Below, in pieces: positions 54,289-64,000 of a DNA stretch of 64,000 nt. Location of the stretch: positions 13,498-77,497 of the forward strand of contig CAUERX010000002.1 of the NCBI GenBank assembly GCA_959020415.1. Reading direction: 5' to 3'. How positions within the stretch are numbered: the first letter of the stretch is position 1; every line of letters starts with the position of its first letter. The position numbers and the translations under genes were made by a program. This DNA is from an uncultured bacterium. GTDB lineage: Bacteria > Bacillota_I > Bacilli_A > RF39 > UBA660. The notes under the pieces are model-generated. The model did not search any database. It was given only the letters and a program-made list of their open reading frames with translations, and was not told the origin of the DNA.

Positions 54289-55410
54289 TTAATAAGTTCT
54301 TATTGGTAAAATTAATTGAATCAAATCATCACTTTCTGGATTTTTGATAATTATTGGTTTAAATTCACCATTAAATAATAATTCTATTTCATCTGATTCA
54401 AGTACGCGAATTGAATCTAACATGAATTTGGAATTGAAGGCGATTTTAATATCTTCTTCGTTATTTTTTTCCACAGTTATCTTTTCTTCGACATTTCCGA
54501 TTTCCGGTATATTTGATGAAATAATTACTGTTTCTCCCTTACTTTCTAATTTAATAGTGTTTTTATCACTTTCGTTTGTTAATAATGATGCTCTATCAAT
54601 AGCACTGAAGAAGTCCATTAATTTTACTTGCATCTTTAAATTGAATTCTTCAGGTATTAATTTAGAGGTATCTGGATAAGTTCCACTTATTAATCTAGTC
54701 ATCATGATGATTTGGCTAAATTTAAAGATAACTTTGTTATTGAAAATATGCATTTCTACTGCTTCTTCATCTTCACTCATTAATTTAACTAATTCTAAAA
54801 GGTTTTTAGTTGGAATAATTATATTAATGTTTTCACTTACTTCATTATCAAGGTTTATTTTTTTAATCGCTAAACGGTAAGAGTCCGTGGCTGTACATTC
54901 CATAATACTTTTTTCTAATTTAAAGTTAATTCCTGTTAAAACAGGTCTTGATTCTCCTGTTGATGTTGCAAATGAAGTTTGATTTATAATAGTTTTAAAT
55001 ACTTTTTGATTTAAAACAACTGGATCTTTACGATATTCTAATTCTAAATCTGGAAATTCATTTGGATTACTACAATTTAAATTAAATGATGAATTTTTAG
55101 TGGTTATATAAATTTTAGAATCTATTACTTCTTCGATATTTATTATTTCATCTGGTAGTTTTCTAACAATGTCATAGATATAACGTCCTGATACAACGAT
55201 TTCTCCATAGTTATCAATGTTTTCTATATCTTCTTTGGGAATAAATGTTTTAATAGCTATTTCATTGTCAGTACTCATTAAATATAATCCTTCTGTGGTT
55301 AATTCAAATTTAATACAGTTTAAAATAGGTCTTAAATTTTTAGTAGATATGCCTTTTATAACATAGTTTAAATGTTCTAATAGTATTGTTTGTTTTATTT
55401 TTAATTTCAT
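54289..55410 (-). CDS. dnaN: DNA polymerase III beta sliding clamp
   Basis: 373 aa, downstream of dnaA. Confidence 0.9.
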   Translation of the reverse strand: MKLKIKQTILLEHLNYVIKGISTKNLRPILNCIKFELTTEGLYLMSTDNEIAIKTFIPKEDIENIDNYGEIVVSGRYIYDIVRKLPDEIINIEEVIDSKIYITTKNSSFNLNCSNPNEFPDLELEYRKDPVVLNQKVFKTIINQTSFATSTGESRPVLTGINFKLEKSIMECTATDSYRLAIKKINLDNEVSENINIIIPTKNLLELVKLMSEDEEAVEMHIFNNKVIFKFSQIIMMTRLISGTYPDTSKLIPEEFNLKMQVKLMDFFSAIDRASLLTNESDKNTIKLESKGETVIISSNIPEIGNVEEKITVEKNNEEDIKIAFNSKFMLDSIRVLESDEIELLFNGEFKPIIIKNPESDDLIQLILPIRTY

Positions 55411-55463
55411 AATTCATTTCTCCTTTTATTTATTGTTTCTATAAATATATTTTTATTATTGTT

Positions 55464-55546
55464 GTGGATTGTGTGGAAAAGTGATTTTTTCCTTGTTAAT
55501 TATAACTTAAATTGGATATTATGGCTTGTTCAAAAGCTGTGGATTA
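55464..55546. promoter_or_regulatory. oriC part 2: DnaA-box cluster between dnaA and dnaN, next to an AT-rich unwinding region (55411-55460)
   Basis: TGTGGATTG (55464-55472), TGTGGAAAA (55472-55480), TGTGGATTA (55538-55546); these are reverse-complements of TTATCCACA-type boxes. Confidence 0.65.
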
Positions 55547-55563
55547 AAATAAGTTTTCCCCTA

Positions 55564-56913
55564 CTATCTTATTTGAGCAACAATTTTTGTGATTTCATCT
55601 TCAAGATTTTTATCTTTAGTAAGTTCTCTTTTTATTTTATCAACGGAATGCATTACTGTAGTATGGTCTTTTCCACCAAATTCACTACCAATCTTTGGTA
55701 ATGATTCTTTTAAATATATTCGGCAAATATACATTCCGATTTGTCTTGGAACGGCAATTTTAGAAAGTCTTTTCTTTCCTTTAATATCTTCTGGAGTTAT
55801 ATTATAGTTTTTTGCTACTATTTGAATTACTTTATCAATTTTATTTTTTGAAATAATAGCTTTCCCAATATAATCTTTTAAAGCTTCAATTGCTAAATCG
55901 ATGGTGATTTCAGAGCCATTCATAATAGTTGCATACGCAAATACTCTAGTAAGGGCTCCTTCTAGTTTTCTTATATCAGTGGTACAATTACTTGCTATAT
56001 ATTCTTTAACTTCCTCTGGAACATAGCTACTGATTCCTTGGGCTTCTATTTTTTTATCAAGAATTGCCATACGAAGTTCAAAATCTGGTGGCAGGATGTC
56101 AATAGTTAATCCCCAATTGAATCTTGTTCTTAAACGATCTTCTAGTTTTTTTAGATCGTCTGGAGATCTATCCGATGAAATAATTATTTGTTTATTTTTT
56201 GTGTGTAGTTCATTAAAGGTGTTGAAAAATTCTTGCTGCGTTTTATTAGCTATTTCTAAGTATTGAATATCATCAATCATAAGGACGTCGATGTCACGAT
56301 ATTTACGTTTAAAATTATCCACAGCTTTAAAATTGTTATCGTTTTTTCGATACAAACTTAAAAAATCATCAACGAATTTTTCACTGGTTACATAACGGAC
56401 TTTTTTATTAGAATTTGAGGTTATATAATTCCCAATTGCGTGCATTAAGTGAGTTTTGCCAAGGCCACTACTTCCGTAGATGAATAACGGATTATACATA
56501 CTTCCTGGTCTTTCGGCTACTGCTACTCCTATTGCTTTAGCAAATTTATTGCTTTCGCCGGAAATAAAATTTTCAAATGTGTATTTGTTATCTAATCCAC
56601 TTTCGAAAATAGCATCATCATTTTCTTTTATAATAGCAATTCTATCATTTTCTTCAGTGTGTTCTCCTACTGTTACATATTCAAAGTTAAAGATGGAACC
56701 GGTGACTTCCATAAATGTTTCTTTAATAATGTCACTGTAGTTTTCTTTTAGATGTTTTTTATGAACGTCTAGTGGAACTTCAACTAAAGCAATTTCTTCA
56801 TTTAATTTAATAAGCCGAGTGTCTTTAAACCACGTTTGAAATAAAACTGGTTTTACTTTCATTTCAATTTTTTCTAAAAAGACACTCCAGATATTTTCTA
56901 AATCCATAAACAT
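55564..56913 (-). CDS. dnaA: chromosomal replication initiator DnaA
   Basis: 449 aa; AAA+ GSSGLGKTHL; C-terminal domain IV DNA-binding HTH. Confidence 0.95.
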   Translation of the reverse strand: MFMDLENIWSVFLEKIEMKVKPVLFQTWFKDTRLIKLNEEIALVEVPLDVHKKHLKENYSDIIKETFMEVTGSIFNFEYVTVGEHTEENDRIAIIKENDDAIFESGLDNKYTFENFISGESNKFAKAIGVAVAERPGSMYNPLFIYGSSGLGKTHLMHAIGNYITSNSNKKVRYVTSEKFVDDFLSLYRKNDNNFKAVDNFKRKYRDIDVLMIDDIQYLEIANKTQQEFFNTFNELHTKNKQIIISSDRSPDDLKKLEDRLRTRFNWGLTIDILPPDFELRMAILDKKIEAQGISSYVPEEVKEYIASNCTTDIRKLEGALTRVFAYATIMNGSEITIDLAIEALKDYIGKAIISKNKIDKVIQIVAKNYNITPEDIKGKKRLSKIAVPRQIGMYICRIYLKESLPKIGSEFGGKDHTTVMHSVDKIKRELTKDKNLEDEITKIVAQIR

Positions 56914-56977
56914 CCCCCATAATCTGTAAAGTCTTACTTACATTTTACATTATTTTTACTAAAAATTCCAGAAAAAC

Positions 56978-57212
56978 TGTGGAAAAAGTAGAAAAAAAGA
57001 TATCCACACACTTATAAAGTCGATATTTGGTGAAAACTGTCGTTTTTCCACAGAAAATGTGAAAAAGTTAATTATCAACATTGTTAATTATTTTGAAGTA
57101 TTTCACATATGTTGAAATGAAGAGAAATCCCTGAAATTTAAAAATAAATTATGGTGGATAAGTAATGTGGTAAATCTCTTTTATTGTTTTTAATATTTTT
57201 ACTTGTGGAAAA
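56978..57212. promoter_or_regulatory. oriC part 1: DnaA-box cluster upstream of dnaA, in the divergent dnaA/rpmH intergenic region
   Basis: TGTGGAAAA 56978-56986, ATATCCACA 57000-57008, TTTTCCACA 57044-57052, TTATCAACA 57072-57080, GGTGGATAA 57153-57161, TGTGGTAAA 57165-57173, TGTGGAAAA ~57204-57212. Confidence 0.7.
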
Positions 57213-57372
57213 AAAGTAGGGTATTTTATTGTTTTTGAAATAAAATCTTTATTAAAACTATTTTAATTTTGTTTTTGATATTAAATTTTAGAAAAAATGT
57301 GGCTAATTAGCATATTTTTATAATGGTAGTACCAAAATACTAAGTAAAAAAAGGGTAGTTAGGAAAAAAACG

Positions 57373-57401
57373 TTGACAAACAGACCTTTTATCTATATAA
57401 T
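57373..57401 (+). promoter_or_regulatory. consensus sigma-A promoter TTGACA-17-TATAAT for rpmH
   Basis: 57373-57378 TTGACA, 57396-57401 TATAAT. Confidence 0.65.
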
Positions 57402-57439
57402 TAATAGAGCAAACGAAAAAACGAGAGGAGTGGAACTAA

Positions 57440-57564
57440 TGACAAAAAGGACTTTTCAACCTAATACTAGAAGAAGAAGTAAAAAAATGGGTTTTTTTGC
57501 TAGAATGAAAACAAACATTATTAAAAGAAGAAGACAAAAAGGACGCAAAGTCTTATCTCGTTAA
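57440..57564 (+). CDS. rpmH: 50S ribosomal protein L34
   Basis: MTKRTFQPNTRRRSKKMGFFARMKTNIIKRRRQKGRKVLSR; GAGGAG RBS; the longer 57373 ORF is an upstream in-frame extension. Confidence 0.9.
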
Positions 57565-57611
57565 TGACCACTGCTAATCCAGTGGTTTTTAAATATTAGA
57601 GGTGGGAAATA

Positions 57612-57947
57612 ATGAAAAAAATTAATATTTTAAAAAGTAATGACGATTTTGATCGTATTATAAAAAATAATAAACCTTTTAAATTTAAAGATTATATTAT
57701 TTATATAGAAAGAAAAAAGGAAGGCCCATATAAATTTGGACTTTCTGTGGGTAAGAAGATTGGTAATGCGGTTATGCGTAATAAATATAAACGTAGATTA
57801 AAAAATATAATTGATGAAAAGACCTACCAAAATAATTTTAATTGTATTATAATAGTAGGCAAGGGGATAGTTACCCGAAGTTTTAAAGAAATGGAAACAA
57901 ATTTACTTAAAGTTTTTGAAATACTTAAATTAACAAAGGAGAAATAA
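57612..57947 (+). CDS. rnpA: ribonuclease P protein component
   Basis: 111 aa basic protein after rpmH. Confidence 0.85.
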   Translation: MKKINILKSNDDFDRIIKNNKPFKFKDYIIYIERKKEGPYKFGLSVGKKIGNAVMRNKYKRRLKNIIDEKTYQNNFNCIIIVGKGIVTRSFKEMETNLLKVFEILKLTKEK

Positions 57948-57950
57948 TTT

Positions 57951-58946
57951 ATGCATAAAAAGAAAATATTAGTCGTCCTCCTACTTGTGATGACAATATC
58001 ATTAACAGGATGTACTAGTTATGTTAAAGATGATAATGGTGGTGTGGTTAAAGAACCAACAAATGGTCAAAGTTTAGTTTCAAATATTCTTTGTCAACCA
58101 GAGGATCCAACAATTGTTAAAACTTATGAAAAACATGATGTTAATATTGATAAATTACCAACATGTCCAAAATTTACTCCGGCCGATGGTGGTTATGAAG
58201 GAATTTGGAGTACTTTATTTATTAAACCATTAAGTTGGTTAATTATTCAAATTGGTGGATTTGTTAAAAATTATGGTTTAGCGATTGTCATAGTTACATT
58301 ATTAATTCGTTTAATTATTTTCCCAATCAGTAAAAAATCGGCTATGCAATCGGAAAATATGAAGAAGGCGAGTAAGGATTTAGAAAAACTTCAAAATAAA
58401 TATCGTAATCGCACTTCTCAAGAGGATCAAATGATGCAAGCTCAAGAAATGATGAGCATTTATAAAAAATATAATATTAATCCGATGTCAGGATGTATAT
58501 TTGCCTTTATCCAAATGCCTTTATTCTTTGCTTTCTTAGAGAGTTTATATAGAATTCCAGCGGTATTTGAAGGTAAGTTCTTAGGCTTTAGTTTAGGAAC
58601 TAGTCCATTTAATGCTTTATTTGGAACAAGTTTCTCGTTTGATCATTTCTTAAATTCATTTAGTACAGGTAATTGGATTTACTTATTATTACCACTAGTC
58701 GTTGGACTAACAACGTTCTTCTCATTTAAGATGAATTCAGGACTTGGGGCAACTAATCCAGCTCAAGAAAAACAGATGAAGATGATGATGAACATTATGA
58801 TGATATTTATTTTCATCGCATCATTTACTATGTCAACAAGTATTATTATTTATTGGATTACCGGTAGTTTATTTACGATAGTTCAAACTGCGGTTATAAG
58901 GAGGCATAAAGATGCTAGAGATGGTAAGAAACGAATCAAAAACTAA
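57951..58946 (+). CDS. yidC: membrane protein insertase YidC/SpoIIIJ (lipoprotein-type signal ISLTGC)
   Basis: 331 aa; lipobox LTGC; 60 kDa inner-membrane insertase core. Confidence 0.85.
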   Translation: MHKKKILVVLLLVMTISLTGCTSYVKDDNGGVVKEPTNGQSLVSNILCQPEDPTIVKTYEKHDVNIDKLPTCPKFTPADGGYEGIWSTLFIKPLSWLIIQIGGFVKNYGLAIVIVTLLIRLIIFPISKKSAMQSENMKKASKDLEKLQNKYRNRTSQEDQMMQAQEMMSIYKKYNINPMSGCIFAFIQMPLFFAFLESLYRIPAVFEGKFLGFSLGTSPFNALFGTSFSFDHFLNSFSTGNWIYLLLPLVVGLTTFFSFKMNSGLGATNPAQEKQMKMMMNIMMIFIFIASFTMSTSIIIYWITGSLFTIVQTAVIRRHKDARDGKKRIKN

Positions 58947-59526
58947 AGAAGATGCTTTAGCAAAATCTTTGGAACAATTAAATGTTCGTGAAGACGAAAC
59001 TTTTTACTACTTTGAAGAAACTGAAGGTGGATTATTTAAAGGAAAAAAATATACTTCAGTCGTCACTACAAAATATGCGGTTAAAGAGTATATTAAGGAT
59101 TTTTTAAATGATCTTGCTTATAAAATGAATACTAAATTTAATATTGAAGTTAAAGAAACTGATTATGGTTTTTCAGTAATTATTATTGCTGATTATAATG
59201 CAGCTTTAATTGGCAAGAATGGTCGTACTTTAAATAGTATTCAAACTGTTTTGAGACAAGCTATTAAAAAGTACGGAAATTTTAATATCAAAGTTAATAT
59301 TGATATTTCTAATTATAAAGCACGTCGTGAAAGAAATATTAACTATGAGGTTCGAAAGATATGCCGTGAGGTATTGAAAACAAAAATTGCTGTAAAATTA
59401 GATCCAATGAATTCTTATGAAAGAAGAATTGTTCATACAGTTGTTAGTGATTTTGAAGATTTAGTAACTGAAAGTGAAGGTGTCAATCCTAATAGATATG
59501 TAGTTATTAAATATAAAGAAGATTAA
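58912..59526 (+). CDS. jag: Jag/KhpB RNA-binding protein (Jag_N, KH, R3H)
   Basis: 204 aa; overlaps the yidC 3' end; R3H-like YERRIVHTVVSDF. Confidence 0.8.
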   Translation: MLEMVRNESKTKEDALAKSLEQLNVREDETFYYFEETEGGLFKGKKYTSVVTTKYAVKEYIKDFLNDLAYKMNTKFNIEVKETDYGFSVIIIADYNAALIGKNGRTLNSIQTVLRQAIKKYGNFNIKVNIDISNYKARRERNINYEVRKICREVLKTKIAVKLDPMNSYERRIVHTVVSDFEDLVTESEGVNPNRYVVIKYKED

Positions 59527-60472
59527 TTTCTTCTTTTTTTGTATCATTTAGTTTTACTATATTAAAAATATTAGTAATTATATGGATAATAATATAGGGA
59601 AATATGACGTCTAAAGAAATGGCTAATCGATTATATCCAGTGTAGATTTATAGCGATTTACCATCACAACCCTTAACTAGTTTAGAAAAAGAGGCTTTTG
59701 GTAATGAAAATAGCACAATTAAAAAGGAATAGTATATCTATTTAAAATATAGTTAATTGAAATGATCATAATTAAATATTATGATTTTTCATTGTAAACA
59801 TTGTATAAAAAGATGATATATAATTAAAATAAATTTAAAATGTGATATATTTAAATAATTATAGAAATATGGTGTAGGTTAATGAAAAATGTAAATTTAA
59901 TAAAGTGATATATCGGTTAGTGTATGTACGATTGTTTTTGCCTTTGTATGTGCTTGCTTTCAATATGTAACTGATAAATTATTCTATGTATATTTTAACT
60001 TTTCGTGTTACTGTTCCTTTTATATTAATTGGGATATTTTATGTTTTAAAATTGTCATTTATTTTTTTGTATGTATGTGCGCTAATTGCTTTTTTTATTG
60101 AGTATTTAACAAGAAGTTAATTTGGAATATATGCGCTTAATTAATCAAATAAGTATAGTAAACCGAGCTTAGCTACAGAGCTAATAGGTGTTTATTATTT
60201 GTTTGAGGCAGTAGAGCGTTTATTACATTTATAGCGGGAATTATATTAAAGTGCGAAATATAGTCTTTTCTTATATTATTTTAGTATGTTTACTTATAAT
60301 ACCATTATTTTATTTAGCAAATCGTTTAATCTTTTTTTTGAAAAATGAATAAATTTAATTATTTGTATAAAATATTATTTACAATGTAGTATACTAATAC
60401 TAAGCGAAAGCAATTTGACATAATATTAATTTATGATAAAATAATTATTGACTTTGAAAGAGGGAGTTTTAC

Positions 60473-60832
60473 ATGGAACAACAAGAAAATAGATATGGAA
60501 CTAATGTTATTGAAGACATAAAAGACGGAATAAACGTATTTGGTGCTTCAACTGGAAATCTACTAAAGTATACATGGAATATTTTTGGAATGACTATAGT
60601 GGCAGTCGGAAGTATAATTCTTTTAAAAGGGAATCAGGTAGTTAGGGGTTATATTAGTCGTCATTATAGCGGTGACCAAGCAGAAGATAAATCAAACCAA
60701 GCTAACTTAGAAATGAATGATAAATTGAGTACTTTAACTGAAGCTGTATCTTCTATTAGTTTTTCTCAGATACCGAGTTATCCAACAAGTTCTAGTGAAC
60801 ATGGACAAAAATCGATAAATAGAAAATGTTAG
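60473..60832 (+). CDS. hypothetical protein with one TM segment (119 aa)
   Basis: AGAGGGAG RBS; no recognised family. Confidence 0.45.
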   Translation: MEQQENRYGTNVIEDIKDGINVFGASTGNLLKYTWNIFGMTIVAVGSIILLKGNQVVRGYISRHYSGDQAEDKSNQANLEMNDKLSTLTEAVSSISFSQIPSYPTSSSEHGQKSINRKC

Positions 60833-60883
60833 ATAATAACATTTCTTTTTTATAAAACGTAAATATTTATAGTAGGTGGTAGA

Positions 60884-61426
60884 ATGATTAAAAGGCAGAC
60901 TAGAGTAGAGCGTAGAATTTATTTTGATCCTAGATATTATAATATAGTAAAAGGTATTTTAAATAGTCCAGAATTTCAAAAAAGGAAAACTTATAAACAT
61001 CATGATGATTGTTCTGTTTTTGAACACTGTTTAAGTGTTTCTTATATATCTTATCGTTATTGTCGAAAATTAAAATTAAATTACCGTGATGCAGCTATTG
61101 GAGGATTATTACATGATTTTTACGAAACGCCGTGGCAAGATGATTTAACTAGTAAAAAACCCTTTTTTCAGCAACATGGATTTACTCATGCTGGTAATGC
61201 TTTAGATAATGCAGTTAAGTATTTTCCAGATTATATAAATTCCAGAGTTTCAGATATTATTCTAAGGCATATGTTCCCTTTAAATATTCATCCTCCTAGG
61301 TGTCCCGAAGCATGGGTAGTAACTTTTGTTGATAAAAAAGTAAGTATGGGAATATTAAAACCAAATAAAAAATTTTTAAAATATGTTGGAGTGGCTAAAT
61401 ATTTTAATAAAGGAAATGAAAAATAA
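60884..61426 (+). CDS. HD-domain phosphohydrolase-like protein (180 aa)
   Basis: H...HD motif (VFEHCLSVSY...GGLLHDF); AGGTGG RBS. Confidence 0.6.
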   Translation: MIKRQTRVERRIYFDPRYYNIVKGILNSPEFQKRKTYKHHDDCSVFEHCLSVSYISYRYCRKLKLNYRDAAIGGLLHDFYETPWQDDLTSKKPFFQQHGFTHAGNALDNAVKYFPDYINSRVSDIILRHMFPLNIHPPRCPEAWVVTFVDKKVSMGILKPNKKFLKYVGVAKYFNKGNEK

Positions 61427-61508
61427 TAGTTTAAACTATTGTTTTTATTTGACTATTAATGGCATATAGAGTAAAATTACCATAGATAAATTTTTGGAGG
61501 TGAACTTT

Positions 61509-62858
61509 ATGAATGATACAATTGCTGCAATTTCAACAGCGCAAGGAATAGGTGCAATATCAATAATTAGAGTTAGTGGTGAAGATGCTGTTAAAATAGT
61601 TGCTTCTGTTTTTTCAAATGATAAATTTTATAAAGCACCATCACACACTATTCATTATGGTTACATAGTTGATAATGGTGAAAAAATAGATGAAGTTTTA
61701 GTATCATTGATGAGAGCTCCAAAAACCTTTACGATGGAAGATGTGGTTGAAATTAATTCTCATGGTGGAATAAGTACAACTAATAAAATATTAGAGGTTT
61801 TATTGTCACATGGTTGCCGTTTGGCTGAGCCTGGAGAATTTACTAAGAGAGCCTTTTTAAACGGAAGAATTGATTTAACTGAGGCCGAAGGTATTATGGA
61901 TTTAATAAATGCTAAAACAGATAAATCAAGAGAGATGGCACTTAAACAAGTTAATGGTAAGGCATCACTTATGATTAAAGGACTACGTGATGATTTGGTG
62001 GCTATTTTGGCTAACATTGAAGTTAATCTAAATTATCCAGAATATGAAGATATTGAGGATATGACTACTGAAAAAATCAAAGAAAACATGGATAATTTAG
62101 AAAAGAGAATAAATAAAATTATCAAGGAAAGTAAAAATGGAGAACTGCTAAAAAGTGGAATAAAAACAGTAATTATTGGGCGTCCAAATGTTGGTAAAAG
62201 TAGTTTACTTAATAATTTAGTCGGCGAAGAAAAAGCGATAGTTACAGAAATTCAAGGGACAACTCGAGATAGTGTTGAGGCAACGATAGTAATAGATAAT
62301 ATTATTTTAAATTTAATTGATACAGCAGGAATTAGAAAAACTAATGATGTCGTTGAAAGTATTGGCGTCGAAAAGAGTCTAAAATTGATAGATGAAGCTG
62401 ATTTAGTATTGTTTGTTTTAAATTACAATGAGAAACTAACTGAAGATGACAAACAAATTCTTACTAAATTGAAAGGCAAAAATTATATTACAATTATTAA
62501 TAAATATGATTTGCCTAAAGAAATAGATGACAGTAGTTTAGAAAATACGATTTATGTTAGTGCATATAAGAATATTAATATGGAGCAAATAGCATTAAGA
62601 ATTAAAGAAATGTTTAATTTAGAAAAAATAGAAACCGAAGATTTAAGCTATTTATCTAGTGCACGTTCTAGGGCTATTTTAAATGAGGTATCTTTGGCTA
62701 TTAAAGATGTAAGACAAGGTCTTGATGATGGTTTTAGTTTAGATATGATTGAAATTGATTTGAAAAACATTTGGAATTTACTAGGTGATATTATTGGAGA
62801 AAATTACGAAGATGAATTGATAGATGAATTATTTAGTCGTTTTTGTGTTGGAAAGTAG
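61509..62858 (+). CDS. mnmE: tRNA modification GTPase MnmE
   Basis: G1 [11 protein letters not shown]3 DTAG; C-terminal CxGK (CVGK); start at [10 protein letters not shown] with GGAGGTG RBS. Confidence 0.9.
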   Translation: MNDTIAAISTAQGIGAISIIRVSGEDAVKIVASVFSNDKFYKAPSHTIHYGYIVDNGEKIDEVLVSLMRAPKTFTMEDVVEINSHGGISTTNKILEVLLSHGCRLAEPGEFTKRAFLNGRIDLTEAEGIMDLINAKTDKSREMALKQVNGKASLMIKGLRDDLVAILANIEVNLNYPEYEDIEDMTTEKIKENMDNLEKRINKIIKESKNGELLKSGIKTVIIGRPNVGKSSLLNNLVGEEKAIVTEIQGTTRDSVEATIVIDNIILNLIDTAGIRKTNDVVESIGVEKSLKLIDEADLVLFVLNYNEKLTEDDKQILTKLKGKNYITIINKYDLPKEIDDSSLENTIYVSAYKNINMEQIALRIKEMFNLEKIETEDLSYLSSARSRAILNEVSLAIKDVRQGLDDGFSLDMIEIDLKNIWNLLGDIIGENYEDELIDELFSRFCVGK

Positions 62859-62866
62859 ATGATAAA

Positions 62867-64000
62867 ATGGAATATGAAATAATAGTAGTAGGCGGAGGGC
62901 ATGCAGGGTGCGAAGCCGCTTTAGCTGGGGCCAGAATGGGCCATAAAACTTTATTGGTTACGGGCAATATAAAAAATATAGCGGATATGCCATGCAATCC
63001 ATCAATTGGCGGAAGCGCGAAAGGAATAGTTGTTCGAGAAATTGATGCTTTAGGTGGAGAAATGGGAAGAAATGCTGATAAAAGTTTGATTCAAATAAAG
63101 ATGCTTAACAGTGGTAAAGGACCAGCAGTGAGGGCCTTAAGAGCTCAAGCTGATAAAACTATTTATCCACAAGAAATGCTTAAAACTTTAGAAAGTACTG
63201 ATAATTTAACACTTTTGGAGGGATTAGTTAAAGATATTATAGTCCAAGATGGAAAAGTTCAAGGTATTATTTTAGAAGATGATACAAAAATAACATCATC
63301 AGCTGTAATTTTGACGACGGGAACTTATATGAATGCGGATATTTTAGTTGGAAGTGAAAGACGACGCGAGGGACCTCATGGAGAAAGACCATCTAATTAT
63401 TTAAGCGATAATTTAGCTAAATATGGTTTTGAAATAAAAAGGCTAAAAACTGGGACGCCACAAAGGGTAGCAAAAAATAGTATTGATTTTTCAAAAACTA
63501 AACGTGAAGATGGTGATAGTATTTATCATACTTTTAGTTTTGATATGGATCCAGTTTATGATGTTAATAATCAGGAACCTTGTTATTTAACTTATACAAC
63601 TAATTTAACTCATCAAATAATTCATGAAAATTTGAATAAGTCTAGTATGTATGGCGGATTAGATGATATTAAGGGAATTGGTCCAAGGTATTGTCCTTCC
63701 ATCGAAGATAAAGTGGTAAGATTTGCAGATAAAGAGAAACATCAATTATTTTTGGAACCAGAGAGTTTATATTATGATGATATTTATATTCAGGGTTTTT
63801 CAACAAGTATGCCTTATGATGTGCAAGAAAAGATGGTGAGGTCTTTACCAGGATTAGAAAATGCAAAAATTCTTAAATACGCTTACGCGATTGAATATGA
63901 TTCAATTTATCCAACACAATTGAAACAATCACTTGAAACTAAGTTGATTACTAACTTATATAGTGCGGGGCAAATAAATGGAACTAGTGGTTATGAGGAA
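62867..64000 (+). CDS. mnmG: tRNA uridine 5-carboxymethylaminomethyl modification enzyme MnmG (partial; continues beyond window end)
   Basis: [23 protein letters not shown]-binding N-terminus. Confidence 0.9.
   Translation, partial: MEYEIIVVGGGHAGCEAALAGARMGHKTLLVTGNIKNIADMPCNPSIGGSAKGIVVREIDALGGEMGRNADKSLIQIKMLNSGKGPAVRALRAQADKTIYPQEMLKTLESTDNLTLLEGLVKDIIVQDGKVQGIILEDDTKITSSAVILTTGTYMNADILVGSERRREGPHGERPSNYLSDNLAKYGFEIKRLKTGTPQRVAKNSIDFSKTKREDGDSIYHTFSFDMDPVYDVNNQEPCYLTYTTNLTHQIIHENLNKSSMYGGLDDIKGIGPRYCPSIEDKVVRFADKEKHQLFLEPESLYYDDIYIQGFSTSMPYDVQEKMVRSLPGLENAKILKYAYAIEYDSIYPTQLKQSLETKLITNLYSAGQINGTSGYEE

Noticed and set aside
57373-57439. Extended 63-aa form of the rpmH ORF starting at 57373
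   Set aside because: The upstream part overlaps the consensus promoter. A strong RBS (GAGAGGAG) precedes ATG 57440, which gives the canonical 41-aa L34
59986-60120. Calling the 44-aa hydrophobic ORF a confirmed type I toxin gene
   Set aside because: No convincing Shine-Dalgarno sequence or identifiable antisense RNA; kept only as a hypothesis inside the jag-mnmE insertion finding
1-64000. Mobile elements, prophage genes, restriction-modification or other known defence-system genes
   Set aside because: No transposase, integrase, phage structural, nuclease/methylase pair or Cas-like ORFs recognised in any frame. The accessory content is limited to the small patches described

Overview
This is an origin-proximal chromosomal window from a low-GC Firmicutes-type bacterium. 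It uses the standard code: UGA is a stop, and every large housekeeping ORF is intact under code 11, so this is not a UGA=Trp mollicute. On the minus strand, 1-12.9 kb holds a contiguous S10-spc-alpha ribosomal protein cluster (rpsJ through rpsK, then rpoA truncated at the window edge), plus secY, adk, map and infA. A small accessory patch follows at 13-16.5 kb: a Tat-signal protein interrupted by an in-frame UGA, a membrane-anchored hypothetical protein, and gpsA. Next on the minus strand come ftsH, tilS, ung, an AGCS transporter, rsmA, a truncated class I GATase remnant, a 3D-domain protein and tatD. An inserted pair follows (a hybrid sensor kinase with a degenerate H-box, and an AMP-binding enzyme), then metG-nrnA-like-dut behind a T-box leader, and an AbrB/SpoVT-like regulator. 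Further along are a CBS-domain family II pyrophosphatase, mfd, pth, rsmI, trmN6-like, yaaT, holB, recR, ybaB, dnaX and tadA. A short 4.5S/SRP RNA sits just upstream of tadA. It is followed by a roughly 750-bp ORF-free region carrying five copies of the 16-bp ParB-binding palindrome TGTTTCACGTGAAACA (three perfect, two with one terminal mismatch). Then come gyrA, gyrB, recF, a ComK-family gene (where B. subtilis has yaaA), dnaN and dnaA. The origin (oriC) is bipartite, with clusters of binding sites for the initiator DnaA (DnaA boxes) on both sides of dnaA. On the plus strand lie rpmH, rnpA, yidC and jag, then a roughly 950-bp AT-rich non-coding insertion with two small accessory genes, then mnmE and mnmG (partial). 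I found no CRISPR array, rRNA, tRNA or obvious transposase. Gene assignments rest on recognisable conserved motifs in the provided translations, so all are by-eye calls.
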